NCBI GenBank assembly: GCA_951406725.2
Contig: OX597828.1
Span: forward strand, 24,056,001 to 24,120,000
Direction of reading: 5' to 3'
Origin: Octopus vulgaris
Taxonomy: Eukaryota
DNA length: 64,000 nucleotides
Numbering within the stretch: position 1 is the stretch's first letter; the number at the start of each line of letters is the position of its first letter. Of the stretch, positions 14,275 to 28,869 are shown one piece after another. The translations under genes and the position numbers were made by a program. A model generated the notes under the pieces. The model was given only the letters and a program-made list of their open reading frames with translations, did not search any database and was not told the DNA's origin.

Positions 14275-14402
14275 CTTTCTGTTGAAGAGCGTAGGCTCGA
14301 AACGTAAAAGATCTTCTCACTTCACGAGCGTTAAACTAATACACTTCTGTGTAGTTTATACACGTGTCTTCGTCTTTTGTTTTTCCTTTGCAAATTCCAA
14401 CT
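14275..14402 (+). mobile_element. Short repeat with hammerhead-like motif (CTGTTGA variant), ending at (TA)n
   Basis: cttt-CTGTTGA-a-gagc-gtag-gctc-GAAA-c-GTA-aaag; homologous minus-strand copy at 25737-25860. Confidence 0.65.
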
Positions 14403-14415
14403 ATATATATGTGTG

Positions 14416-14469
<54 letters not shown>

Positions 14470-14520
14470 CAAATTGAGATAGGGGTTGTAAACGCACTCC
14501 ATTTTCTTATATTGTATATA

Positions 14521-14588
<68 letters not shown>

Positions 14589-14961
14589 TATAGATAGATA
14601 GATAGATAAGTGTGTAAACCTGTTTTGCGTAGAGTAACCACAATTTTGGAAGTTTGTATAAGCGGAAATCTGTGTTTTTAATATATCATGGGAAGGCATT
14701 TTTCGTACGTTTTGCTTTTATCTAATATACGATTGTCTTTTTCTCTGTTAAAATAATATCTTTTTTTTTTATATATAAATGAAGATATTACTTTCTAAGA
14801 ATGTATACATGCCCTATCAAACGAACGTGAGAGACTTCAAGCAAACAGATAAGTCCTTTGTCTTGAAAATAATATAAAGCAATACATGTTCAGGAAATTA
14901 ATCCACATGATTCGTTCACAAAAGAGGCTAAAATTTTCAGACGTTTCTAACAGCCTAATTT

Positions 14962-15120
14962 GGTACTCCGTCGATTACAACGACGAATGCTCTAGTTGAT
15001 CCGATCAACCGAACTGCCTTCTCATGTAATTAACGTGCAAATGTTTGAAAACTCCATAGACACACGAATACTTAACGTAGTCCTCAGAGAGACTCAGCGT
15101 GACAGTGCTGGACCTTTGTC
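14962..15120 (-). mobile_element. SINE 3' tail fragment (tail type of 38624)
   Basis: Reverse complement matches 38845-39010. Confidence 0.7.
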
Positions 15121-15285
15121 ATAGAATATGTCAATGCTGGCCCTTTGACTTCAATATTACACCTTATAAGACTCAATATAAGTAGAAACTAACCGGTCTA
15201 GACCAGCTTACATGGATATACTGAAAACTGTTTAATTCTTATCGTTGAGTCGGTCGGAAATTCCGATACTGTGCCTCACTTCTGA

Positions 15286-15323
<38 letters not shown>

Positions 15324-15361
15324 GTAGATATGTATGTGTGCATATGTGCATATATATATGA

Positions 15362-15416
<55 letters not shown>

Positions 15417-16161
15417 ATATATGTATGTATAGATATATATATATATATATATACATATATTAATATGTATATATATACATATATATATATTTGTGTGTGT
15501 GTATATATATATATATGTATGTATACATATATTTACACCCACACACACACCCACCCATACACACGCTCAAAAATATCTATTGATTATTTTCTTTTAAACC
15601 ATTCTGCGTGTAAATAACATTTGTATATTTAAACTGTAAAATGACCTTAGACGACGTAGGAACATGACATTTTCCATTTGTACCGATTCTAAAAATCTAT
15701 AGAATTTACACATCCGCTGATGTCTGTCATTGATTAAGAAAGTTAAACCAATTTGCTTTAGATTAATCCTTTCTTTTACCAATGTGTGAGTATGTGTCAG
15801 TGTTTGATAGTATTTGCGTGCTTGTGTGGTGTGCGTGTGTTTCTGACCGATTGATAATCGTTCGTTATGTTTGCGTAACAAGTTACAATTTACATTCATA
15901 TTCCATTAACAACAAGAAATGTACTGAGTATTTTGCGATATATTACAGTATTTCTGTTTAAATATAACTGTTTTTCAGCGTACGTATGTATGTAAGTATA
16001 CGTATATGCATATCAATATCTGTCTATCGCAAATGTTTCAGCGACGTATTCGACTTCCCCCTCCCTAAAATACACACAGACGTACACACATATACGTATA
16101 CACACAAACATATATATTTTATGTATATCTCTCTCTGCATACACATGCACACACACATACG

Positions 16162-16210
<49 letters not shown>

Positions 16211-16652
16211 ATATACTGGTTTCAAATTTGGGCACAAGACCAGTAATTCAAAGAAGAGGTTAAGTCGATTGCACCGTCCCCAGTTTACAACAGGTAATTA
16301 TTTTATCGACCCCGATATAGATGCAAGACAGAATAAACTTCAGCGGAATTTAATATATGTATATTTAACGTTTGAATAATATATATAAATGTGTGCGTGT
16401 CGTAACTATTATGTAGAAGGGTCGTAAATCCTAAGCGTTACTTTTTCAGAAAATGGAAAATTAGTCTTATCCTTTCACAGCAAAACCGTTGTACTACACT
16501 CTGACCATTTTTGATATGTTGATATCTGAAGCAGCGGGATATACGATAGTTTAACAAAAAGAACTGGGCTATTGCAAGTAAAAACACATATTGAAGAAAA
16601 CGCTTTTGACCAAATTTGGACGTACGAAAGTTTAACATAGTAACAATAGCAA

Positions 16653-16714
<62 letters not shown>

Positions 16715-16753
16715 CATTTATCATTTATTGCTTATAAAAAAAATACAATATGT

Positions 16754-16884
16754 CATCTGACAGCTGTTTCTGTTGGCGCTATTTAGGGCATTATCAAGCT
16801 TAATTATTACAATAATTATGACAATAATCATTGTAAATAATTGATTATACCGACTTAAATAGTGAAACTTCATTCATCAGAATG
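16754..16884 (-). ncRNA. Hammerhead ribozyme with ~100-nt hairpin stem II
   Basis: Minus strand: catt-CTGATGA-...ctattta...attatttacaatgattattg/ataattattgtaataat...taaatag...-GAAA-cagct-GTC-agatg; (TA)n about 45 bp downstream. Confidence 0.7.
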
Positions 16885-16889
16885 GAAAA

Positions 16890-17727
16890 GTAAAGAAAAA
16901 GAAACAGAACAAGATAAAGTAAGGATATGCAAATTGATGTTACGTGCTACCCCTCTGGAAACGTATCGACCGGCTTAAAAATTTATCAATAGAATTAGAA
17001 TAGTTATAATTTGTGGTACATTCCTATCTACCGGTGGAAAGCTACAGCCAGCGTCTGTTAAATATATAACTTTAGGTTAAACGCTGAATATTTGTAGTAA
17101 GGGGTAATAAAGTTACTGCTGTCCATGCAGATTAGATCTGTATAATATATAGTAGGAAACAGTTGTAAAGAATGGTGATTAAGGGGAGGCAATTATTGAT
17201 TTTACGAGTAATATCCAAGCTTATGTATCTATTTCTCAGGCGCTTAAGTAAGTTTAACTTGTATTATTTATGTATCATATTAAGTTATGTAATATGTATA
17301 TATAGAAACAGATAAACCAGTCTCCCCCTCTGGTCCAATAACTCACGTTTAGCACTTTCCCCAACAAAATTAAATACTTTGCTTACATAACAACCAAATA
17401 CACTCTTATGTAGGTACTTTCTTGTTTTTCTTTCTATAATATATAGGTATCTATACATTTGTGTGTGTATGTATCTGTATTTATATGGATATTTGTGTAT
17501 ATGTAAATACAGCAATGTATGTATGTATGTATATATGTACAATTACAAGTACCCATATATGTGAGAATAGGTGAGGCATTAAATACATGCATATGCACAT
17601 ATATATTCAACATTTTTCTATGTTCCCCCTTGTTCCATTTGACCACCCCTCTTTTATGTTATCCGAAATGCTATATAACCCACTTTATTTATTATCATTC
17701 CCATAAAAATATATATTATATAATAGT

Positions 17728-17789
<62 letters not shown>

Positions 17790-18510
17790 CTAAGATAGAT
17801 AGATAAGTGTTCCTTCTGTAGCTGCACATGCATAGATATGGATATAGCCCACCCATCAATACGAATTACATAACTTATATAATACATAAATAATACTGGT
17901 TAGACTTTCTTAACTACCTAAGCTTAAATATTCCTTGTAAAAATCAATAATTGCCTCCCCTTAGCCACCATTCTTCCCAACCGTTTCCTATTATATTTTA
18001 TATAGTTCTAATCCGCAAGGATGGAAGCGACCTATTACCCTTACAACAAATATTCATTGTTTAACCATTTCCGCTCCATCGATTACCGGTTCGTATTTAT
18101 AATAACCATCCTTTTGCTTTTGAATTTGACTGACAAATAGTCTCCTTTTACTGGCGAGACCATTCCTACTCCAGAATTGGGGATGTTCAGGTATGTCTCC
18201 CACCTGTAATGCTAAGTAGACATACACAGGAAATTTCAGATAAATAAATAATGGTTAACTGTTAAATTTTTAAAGTTCTGTAACTACGGGTATTTTCCAT
18301 TTTTATTTCTTACCTAACTAAAATACTCCTACAGTTAGCACACACGCCGAGAGTAACTTTCTCCTCCATAGATAGGAATATATCACTAAGTGTCATAACT
18401 ATTCTTATTCTATTGATAAACTTTTAAGTCGGTCGAAAGTTTTCCAGAGGATGGCATGTAACACCAATTGGTTTATCCTTACTTTCTCTTTTTCTCTTTC
18501 TTATTCTTTT
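16890..18510. mobile_element. Long diverged inverted duplication attached to the 16754 hammerhead (Penelope-like remnant)
   Basis: 17077-17295 is the reverse complement of 17865-18066 (e.g. aaaatcaataattgcctcccctta); 16890-17050 pairs with about 18345-18510 (ataactattct.attctattgataaa.ttttaag.cggtcga). Confidence 0.65.
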
Positions 18511-19292
18511 CTTTTTCTTTACTTTTATGCCCGCACGGACCCGGGTTTCTGGGTATCTACCCGTCGTCAGCGCACTTGCACTGGGACCCCATCGCATCGA
18601 AAACCAGTGATTGTCGTGCGCTTAGGACGGGTAAATATTCAGAAACCCGGGTCCGTGCGTATCACGTCAGGTCGACGATGGGAAGGATGGCTTCCATTTG
18701 CAAATACTGATAGGGCACAGAAAGTGTGTCAATAGCCAGCTGCAGAAGATGTTTTCCTAGGGCTACAAGCTGCAGTAGCATCCACTCTTAGCGGTTAGCC
18801 ACATTTAGGTGGCAAATATACTTCACAATATTATTACAGTTTTATCTTAAATATGTATTCATTGTATGCTTAATATGTATCATTAAAGCTATTTTCATTG
18901 AAAAGCTCTTACAGTGGTTCACCAAAAATACTGAGAATGGGAAATAAAAGAAAGGACGTTGCCATAGAGTACAAACCAGGTGGGAAAATATTTATCAAAA
19001 CCGATTCACAGAAAAGGAGAAATCCTAAATTTCACTGCCTAACATGGTTCTGGGTATATGTGTATATGTATATTCTTTTATTATTTTACATGTTTCTGTA
19101 GTTGACTGTAGCCAAGCTGGAGTTCCACCTTTAGTCGAACGAATCGACCCCAGGATTTATTCTTTCTAAGTCTAGTATTTATTCTCATTTGCCGAACCAG
19201 TAAGTTATGGGGGCATAAACACACCAACATCGACTGTCAAGCGATGTATATATATATATATATATATATAAATTGCAAAGAAGGTCTTGAAA

Positions 19293-19338
19293 CCACCTGA
19301 TGAATGTCAATAGAAGTGACAAGAAACGATCGTAGTGG
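19293..19338 (+). ncRNA. Intact minimal type I hammerhead ribozyme
   Basis: ccac-CTGATGA-a-tgtca-atagaag-tgaca-a-GAAA-cgatc-GTA-gtgg; palindromic ACGATCGT stem III. Element 19271-19442 lies between two (TA)n tracts. Confidence 0.88.
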
Positions 19339-19438
19339 ATATCTTAATTATATTTAATTTATATAAAAATTTTTATGTATTGGATTAAGTCTTTCTTTGT
19401 TTGATTTGCATAATAGTGGTTTTGTCTCTAATTAATAT

Positions 19439-19475
<37 letters not shown>

Positions 19476-19573
19476 GAAAGATCGTTAATTTAAATCAAAT
19501 AACGATCTTATCAAGTGGCCAGCATGGAAATAAAAACCTTCACAGGTTATTATTATTATTATTCAAATAAAAT

Positions 19574-19828
19574 CTTAGGGTATCTACGAGATACTGTCAT
19601 GCTGAAAATAGCAGCCGGGATCTGACTCTAAGACCACATTAATTGTTCATATAGCATAAGGAGAGGTGACAAAAAGACAAAATAAAACTAGTAAAACCAG
19701 TAATTTATTAGTAGCTTTATTTTGTCTTTTTGCCTTCTCTTCTTATGCTATATGAACAATTAATGTGCTCTTAGAGTCAGATCCTGGGTGCTATTTTCAG
19801 CATGGCGGTATCTCGTAGATACCTTAAG
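19574..19828. repeat. Fold-back inverted repeat, arms about 120 bp
   Basis: ggtatctacgagatac...catgctgaaaatagca...gatctgactctaaga...cacattaattgttcatatagcataag and its reverse complement downstream. Confidence 0.9.
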
Positions 19829-20168
19829 TTATAATTTCATATATATATATATATGTATATATATACGAAGGGTTTCTTTCAGTTTCCGTCTACCAAATCT
19901 ACTCACAAGGTTTTGTTCGGCCGGCGGCTATAGTAGAAGACGCCCAATGTGTCACGCAGTGGAACTGAACCCGGAACCACGTTGGTGGAAAGCAAGCTTC
20001 TTACCACACAGTCACTCCTGCGCCTTACACAGCCACTTCTGCTGAATATGTATATCTATATCCATCTATCGATCTATCTATCTACCTATCTATCCCTCAA
20101 GCTACCTGTCTCTATACATCCATCCATACATACATGCAGACATATCTATCTATCTATCAATCTATATA

Positions 20169-20203
<35 letters not shown>

Positions 20204-20784
20204 CCGATAGATGAATGGAGGATAAAGATCAGATTACCATCTATTGGATAGTTTATTTGCCAGAAATAAGAATTTGTTAGCAACAGAGCTATTTTTAGAT
20301 TCTCAGCGTTCGATTGGAAAGTTCTTGCAAATATTCATCGTAGCCTTAGTGAGAATCTACATATATGTGAGATTCTGTAAACTTAGTGTGTGAATGTATG
20401 TATATTTATCAATTTTCATGTGTTGTATCTGTAAGACCATGTGTGAAAGTGTATGTGTCTGTGACCGGGGGGCGGTGGGGGGTGGGCTTGGCGGAGAGTG
20501 CGCGTGTGAGTGTTTGTGTTTATCGTGCCATAAATCAGAAGATTTCTATAAAAATTCTTAATTGCTTATTAATGAAGTTAGCCTTTTGTTTATTGTTATT
20601 AGTTTTGTTGTTGCTGCTGCCTCTGTCTGTTATTTTAGACGATTCTTAACCGCTCTCCTGCAGGGCCAGTCCTGTTCAAATTGCCTTCTGTTCAATGCTA
20701 ATATATACGTGTGTGTGCGTATATCTGTCTTCATAAGTATACATACATACAGATACACACGCACACACACACATATATATATAT

Positions 20785-20966
20785 ACGCGCAGGTGTGGCT
20801 TTATAGGCGCGGACTGGCTGTGGAGTAAGTAGGTTGCTAACCAATCATATGCTTCCGGGTTCTGTCCTACTGCGTGACACCTCGCAAAAGTGTCTGCTAC
20901 TACAGCCTCGGGCCGAGCAAAGCATTGTGTGTGGATTTAGTAGGCGGAAACTGGAAGAAGCCCGTC

Positions 20967-21033
<67 letters not shown>

Positions 21034-21253
21034 TGTGTATGTATATGTTTGTGTGTCTGTGTTTGTCTCCCCAACATTGCTTGACAACCGATGCTGGTAT
21101 GTTTACGTCTCCGTAACCTTGCGGTTCGGCAAAAGAGACCGATGAAATAAGTACTAAGCTTACAAGGAATAAGTCCTGGGGTCGACTTGCTCGACTAAAC
21201 GCGGTGCTCCAGCATGGTTGCAGTCGAATGACTGAAACCAATAAAAGAATAAG

Positions 21254-21255
<2 letters not shown>
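20785..21255 (+). mobile_element. Full-length CORE-like tRNA SINE with internal (TA)n
   Basis: Head (duplicated 5' tip), CORE-like segment, (TA)n at 20968-21030, tail ending gaatgactgaaaccaataaaagaataaga. Confidence 0.9.
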
Positions 21256-21311
<56 letters not shown>

Positions 21312-21312
<1 letters not shown>

Positions 21313-21470
21313 CAGCATCACGACGAGTGTTACAGTTGATTCTATGAACGGAACATCCAGCTTGTGAGATTAACGTGCAAATGGGTGATCATTCCACAAA
21401 CATATGTAGGCTTAACATATTTCTCAGGGAGAATCAGCGAGACACAGCATGTGGCAAGGTTGGCTTTTGA
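21312..21470 (-). mobile_element. SINE 3' tail fragment (tail type of 38624)
   Basis: Homologous to 14962-15120. Confidence 0.6.
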
Positions 21471-21597
21471 ACTGTATGCACATCTCATGCATACCAGCTG
21501 AGAGAAGCAACGTGAAATCAGGCACCTGTTACTATAGACCCGATCTGATTACAGTGTTGTGAGTGCATATATTAGTCGAAACTGAAGGAATCCCGTC

Positions 21598-21639
<42 letters not shown>

Positions 21640-21899
21640 GAGTGTGTGCCTTTGTGCTACTGAAGTACCTTCACTTGACAACCGGTTTTCACTCATTTAC
21701 GTCCCTGTAAAATAGTCGGTCGCTTTAAGACACCGATTCAACAAGTAGACGTCTTTCAAATGTGATAAATTCTGGGGTCGGTTCTTTGGAGTCCGTTCAC
21801 AATCGTTCGTTGCACAATAGTAGTAGGCACTTTTGCCTCACCTCAGCTCTACTGCTGCTATCGCCAGCAGCCATGTGAAACACGCATTGAAATTATTAA

Positions 21900-22355
21900 T
21901 GATGGAAAGTGCTGTCTGTGAGCGTAATAAGTAATTCTGGTTAGAGGTGAAGGCTCAAAGGTTTTTAATGCAGCACCGTACCCGACACCCATGCCTTTGT
22001 TTCGGCCCTTAATTCTTTACTCTCTAAGGTATCTAGGCAACATCCAGATCAAGAGTCCTGGATACCCCTTCTGCAGCCGTATTCTGTGATATTGTCTGTA
22101 TTGCATCCCTCTTGGACTGTATAAGTTACATTGGATATTCTAAATTATTCATTTAAAGACGCCATTTGACTATATATCTACTGATATTCAGTTCCATTTC
22201 TCCTTCACCAGATCCAGGTGCAAATTTTCTCGACTGCTTCAACCGTCGCATTAAGACCACTAAAATAATTTAGACGGAAGGAATGAAGAAACCCGACCTT
22301 GGTAATATCGTTGACCAACGAAATAAAGGGCCTCACAAGGGACACACCACGGTCA
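21900..22355 (-). mobile_element. Heavily decayed CR1/L2-like reverse transcriptase remnant
   Basis: Minus-strand peptides GVSLVRPFISLVNDI (cf. GVPQGS..P.LF....NDL), EKICTW and EMELNIS (cf. W.M.FN..K); many stops. Confidence 0.4.
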
Positions 22356-23272
22356 GGCATACATACATACATACATACATACATACATACATACATACAT
22401 ACACACATGTTTCTATGTATAGTGTTTATTTTGAGATTATGTCCATAATAGTGCTGATAATATAATAATAATTTCTCTGTTTGTTTCCTTCTACATCTAT
22501 GAATGCATGCAAAGGCATAATCTTTTAAAAGTAAGCCACAAATTTTTTATTAAAAACCTTTAGCATGTAACTAAGACTATTTTCTTGTGTAATTATTTCA
22601 TTCACATAATTCTATTACGTAATTAAAGCAGAGAAAGATATGCATTCAGCTTGAATAGAGAATAGAAAGACAACACAAACATGTCGGTAAGATACAGCTA
22701 TCGATATGATACACAAAAGAAATAGTTATCGTCATCGTGGTATATTTATATATGAGTGAAACTCTACCATTGAATTCTCGACATGACTGTGCATTGTGGA
22801 GGCCTTGTTGTTTCGTTGCTTGTTAAACTTCATAGCAATTGTAATTTCCGAGATTACTTTGTATGCTGCATAAAAGTTATCATTATGATTGTGTTATATA
22901 CCACAGTCATATTTTCGTTGAACTTCCGCTATTCTCAAAAATGAATATCCTAACAATCAGTCAAAATTTCTTTATGCATTTAAATATGTGTGTTCCCAGA
23001 ATTTGTAATTTACATGAAAGTTTTCTATTTCTTTTTCTTTGTGTGTGTGTGTGTGTGTGTGTGTTTTTTTTTTTAATCTAACGTGATATATTTTCTACCT
23101 TTTTGTCATATGAATGTCAGACAAAAAACAAATTGCTCTCCATTATTTGTTCCGAGAATTTATGTTCTGTATTTAAAATCCCGCAGAGGTCAAAGCTGAG
23201 TGGGAATCCTATAATGCTTTCGATGGTTTTGACTAACACCGTCGCTTCAAAACTTCAGGAAAACATCATCAT

Positions 23273-24368
<1,096 letters not shown>

Positions 24369-24596
24369 GTTACTGTCATTGCTTATTTGAACTGACATAT
24401 TTTTAGAATGAACGTGAATTTACTGGTTCTGGATTTTAGTAAAAAGAACGTCTTTTTGGAAGAATTGAAGTGACTAAAGACTTTGAAGAAATTTCAATTT
24501 TCTCTCTATTTTGCCTCAGAGTGAAAAAAGAAAATAGAAAAAGAAAAACTTGTCTTGGACATTCTAAGTCTTCATATTTCTAAACATTTCACTTAC

Positions 24597-24688
24597 TCAT
24601 ATTTCAAAATAGATTCTTCTGTTTGAGTCAAGTAAACAGATGCTCTCTCGTGATAGTAAGTGAAGGCACTAATAAAAATAAATACAAC
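24597..24688 (-). CDS. Candidate internal exon (92 bp) VVFIFISAFTYYHERASVYLTQTEESILKY
   Basis: Acceptor cttaatctcttcccccacaaatttctgtttcag, donor GA|gtaagt, only one frame open. Confidence 0.4.
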
Positions 24689-24757
24689 CTGAAACAGAAA
24701 TTTGTGGGGGAAGAGATTAAGAGGCAAAAAACGAGAGACGCTGAAAAATTAATTAAC

Positions 24758-25021
24758 ATCAGACCAACACATGTGCTGGAAAAAATATAATGACTTTGTG
24801 ACAGAAATCGGTGATAATGGTGATTTAGATATTCGCAGCCAAAAGGCAAACAGATTCAGCAGCATCAACAGTGTGACAGCAACAACTACATCAATCACAC
24901 ATTCAGATTTTTCCGAAGCGTGAAATCTGTTTTCTTCGAAAGCCTGTTTGTTAAAGCTGCTTGTCAAAGTGAATTTCGAATAGCCAGAACCATGGGCGTT
25001 CTCTGATCCAACGTCGTTCAT
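24758..25021 (-). CDS. Candidate exon, class A GPCR-like TM1-ICL1-TM2
   Basis: Non-repetitive ORF ...VIDVVVAVTLLMLLNLFAFWLR...SLYFFQHMCWSD, in the same frame as the 24597-24688 exon; would need the weak donor GAT|gttaat. Confidence 0.3.
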
Positions 25022-25330
25022 GTCTTTTCAATCTGCTATCGGAGTGGTACGCTTATTTTTTCAATGTATATTTTTAAAAATAAATTGTATGTGTGTGATA
25101 GAGTTAGTGTAAACAATTCCAAAATGCGTTGAAATATGTATAAATCTGCTCGTTTTTTTTTCTATGTTTTCACATATATTGCATAGATGAACTGTGAAGA
25201 AGCGACGTAACATAAAACGCTGTATAAGAAGAAATCGCCTGTAGTAACCCCTAGCATTCAAATACCATAATTTAACAAGCTGAAAATTTTATAAGTGTAT
25301 ACATACATACATACATACATACGTATATAC

Positions 25331-25370
<40 letters not shown>

Positions 25371-25533
25371 GCACATATATATATACGCACATATATATAT
25401 ATATATATATACATATATATACATATATATACATATATATATACCGGAGTAAACACATAAATGTGAAACAAGGTGGAAAAAAGAGTACTCAAATACCAGT
25501 GGTAGAGTAATATGCTTTATTTTAAGCAGCAGA

Positions 25534-25860
<327 letters not shown>

Positions 25861-27430
25861 TTGAGAGGAAATAAATAGAGAGGGAATGTAAAAGACGGAG
25901 CGAGAAAAAGTGTGCAGAGTTCAATGGTTCAACATAGCAAAATGTACAAATATACGTATATGTAAATATACATGTGTGTCTATGTGTGTGTGTGTGTGTG
26001 TGTGTGCTCCTCACCAGGTGCTAACCACGGTGCCTCAGACTCAGAGATTAGAACTCGAGTTGAACAAGCATATATCATTATAATCCAACGCCGTATAGCT
26101 GTAGCTTTTTAGTGACTTCAATTGTCATTCTATGTGTTGAAAGTATTAAAGCGATGGAAGAGTGACAACCTTTGCGGCCCAGTAGGAATCACACAATACG
26201 TTGCAACCGCTATCTGTCGTCTATGCTCCAAAGCATACTGATCTGCAGTGGGGTTGAATAGTCATCTGCGAGGTCATGAACGGAAATTCAGAAATACCAT
26301 TCACAGCAAGGAAGCACAAGCAGACGGCAGTTATCAGGGAAGATCGATTAATCAGCACGTTTGTGTGTATACTTTGGCGCATGAGTATGCGTGCAAACGC
26401 GTATAAATGTAATCACGAAGTTCGTGCTGTTATCATTAAATCTGTTTCGATCTTACCACGTGGATTGGTAAGGCAAGTATCAAGTGTCTTTGACCAGTGT
26501 CTATGGTGTATGCAACCACTTAATTCAATGACCAGGTACTTCAGTTTGGCAAACAACTGGAGTAGACGTCTTCCAAACCGACGAATATCGATTTGTTTCT
26601 TTATTCGAGAAACTCACATTTGCCTATCTCTTGTGCGTTTCACTTTTAGAATTACCGCATGTATCAGAGAAAATATACTTAATAGCATGGAACAGAAGAG
26701 AGAGAGAAGAACGAAGTCAGAAGTCAAAAGAATGATATGCTATTCTTACAACTCTTGAACAAGATAGAAATCCAAAAAGCACATGTGTTAGCGTTAAAAA
26801 AATATATTATCACCTAAGTAGTATTAAAAAATAATTTTAGGGTTATTAAAATAATTATAGAAATTGTTTTAAAAGAAGGAAAAATATGGAACGATGAGAG
26901 GCGCAGAGTTGTGTTTTTATTATTAATTTTATTTGAAAATCCTTGTGAAGTAAGTGGAATGGAAACACAATGGCACTTTTAGAGATTCAGCTACGTGAAG
27001 ACACTTGCATAACACAAATTTTGAATTTCGTTCGACCTGGGGTTGCTATGTGGCATTGAAAGAGTGAATTATATTAAAGTGAATGGAATTTTTAGAAATG
27101 CAGAGTAAAAATGTTTGATAGAAAAAGTAAGGTAAAACACCCATAGAAAAAGAATAACAGAAATGGAATCAGTTGGTTAGGCGAAATTTCATAGAATACA
27201 AGTACACTCAAGAATACACAAATTAATAAGAATATATTTGGCAGAAGGGAAAGGAAATGAGTTAAGTTTCTTGTCATTTAGAAAGAACTGCGAATGCAAA
27301 TAATAACAGGCAATAAACACAAACAGAGAAATAAGAAAAATGTGTATTAAATAAAGAATGTATATGCATACAGAAACCAAATGTGTGTGTTTGTATGTGA
27401 ATTTGTGTGTGTATTTGCGTGTGTGTTTGA

Positions 27431-27720
27431 AGGCGCATGGCTTAGTGGTTAGGGTGTTGCACTCATGATTGCGAGATCGCGGTTTCGATTACCAGACTGA
27501 GCGTTGCCTTGTGTTCTTGAGGAAAGCACTTCATTTCATGTTGCTTTGCGATCATTTCGTCATCTGACATGTGGCACATGGTGCACCTATACAAGTAATG
27601 TGGATTTGATGGAGGGAGGGAGGGAGCTTATGTGAACACAAACATTTGATCACTATAGACGAATCATTTATGTAGTTGTTCGGCAAGAACTTGCCGAACC
27701 ATCATACGTCGTCTAACAAC
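27431..27720 (+). mobile_element. tRNA-derived SINE, distinct tail
   Basis: A box tggcttagtgg, B box ggtttcgattacc, CORE-like ttcttgaggaaagcacttcatttca. Confidence 0.75.
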
Positions 27721-27806
27721 GGCAGTGTTCATTATGTATGTATGTATGTATGTATGTATGTATGTATGTATGTATGTATGTATGTATGTATGTATGTATG
27801 TATGTA

Positions 27807-27946
27807 CGGGAGTTAAAGAGGGGAGCAGGTACGGTCCGGGCTGCATATATTTCATAGCGATCGGAAGCTCATAAGTGGTAAAAATTTACCACTTCTCGCT
27901 ATGAAATATATGTAGTCCGGATCTTTACTCTATTCCTTAGCTCTCG
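27807..27946. repeat. Nested fold-back hairpin
   Basis: tccgggctgcatatatttcatagcga / tcgctatgaaatatatgtagtccgga with inner aagtggtaaa / tttaccactt. Confidence 0.8.
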
Positions 27947-28869
27947 AATTTTTGTTCGCATGCCTGGAACCCTTGTTGCCTACCGTGAAATATTTTTTTA
28001 CCTTATCATACTCCGGTACGAAAAATCCACAACCTTCCGCCCTAATAAACTACAACTGTTCCAGAAAGTTGTTTTTTATATTTTCTATAGATTGCTTGAA
28101 GCTCGAATTCAATACATATATGTGTGTGTGTGTGGTGAGGGTGTGTGTGTGTGCGTGTGAGTGTGTGTGTGTGAGGATGTGTGTGTGTGAGGGTGTGTGT
28201 ATGTGTGTGTGTGGATGTATAATAAATATATATATATATATTTATATACAGAGAACAGTACCATATATACAAACGCAGTATATGCCATTTGCTCCTTACG
28301 CACGTTTCTGTTTTGTGGCTATATGCATCCTCTACAGTGGCTGTTCATAGTTCCATTGTTTGATACTCATTATTCAAGACAGTTACTCAGGGGAATACTA
28401 TACTTCATTATGTTGATACAGGTCAAGATAGGTGTATGTATGTATGTGTGTGTGTGTGCAGGTACGTATACATACACGCACAAACACGCACATATATATA
28501 TCTATATTCCTAGGACTTGATGCAAAATTGGAGTAGTCAAACTACTGTTCTTAGGCGCTTTAGTGGAGAAATTCGTATAGAGAAAAATAAACAAGAGTGT
28601 CCTGGCATGTATCAAGGTGTTTGGGAACTCATCAAATAACAAATAATCCTTCATTTTTCTTCCCATGCAGAAAATTTACATAAAATCTTTATTTTCATAA
28701 AAAGCTATTTATCTTCTTATATCTAGAATAAACACAATGTTACAGTTCTATATTTAAGAGATGAGGAATTATGTACATTATTTATATTTGACGGATATTT
28801 CTCCTCATCTTGTTTGCTGTTAACACAACATTTTGGGAAATTTCGAACCTAGTTTCTCATTCCTAAGGT

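Larger units (their letters stand above)
19087..20025 (-). mobile_element. CORE-like SINE split by nested insertions in its internal (TA)n
   Basis: Head at 19865-20025 and tail at 19087-19245, in the same orientation and correct order. Confidence 0.75.

Noticed and set aside
26276-26758. 160-aa non-repetitive ORF
   Set aside because: No recognisable domain or splice support; its start overlaps a faint RTE-like remnant (26015-26350).
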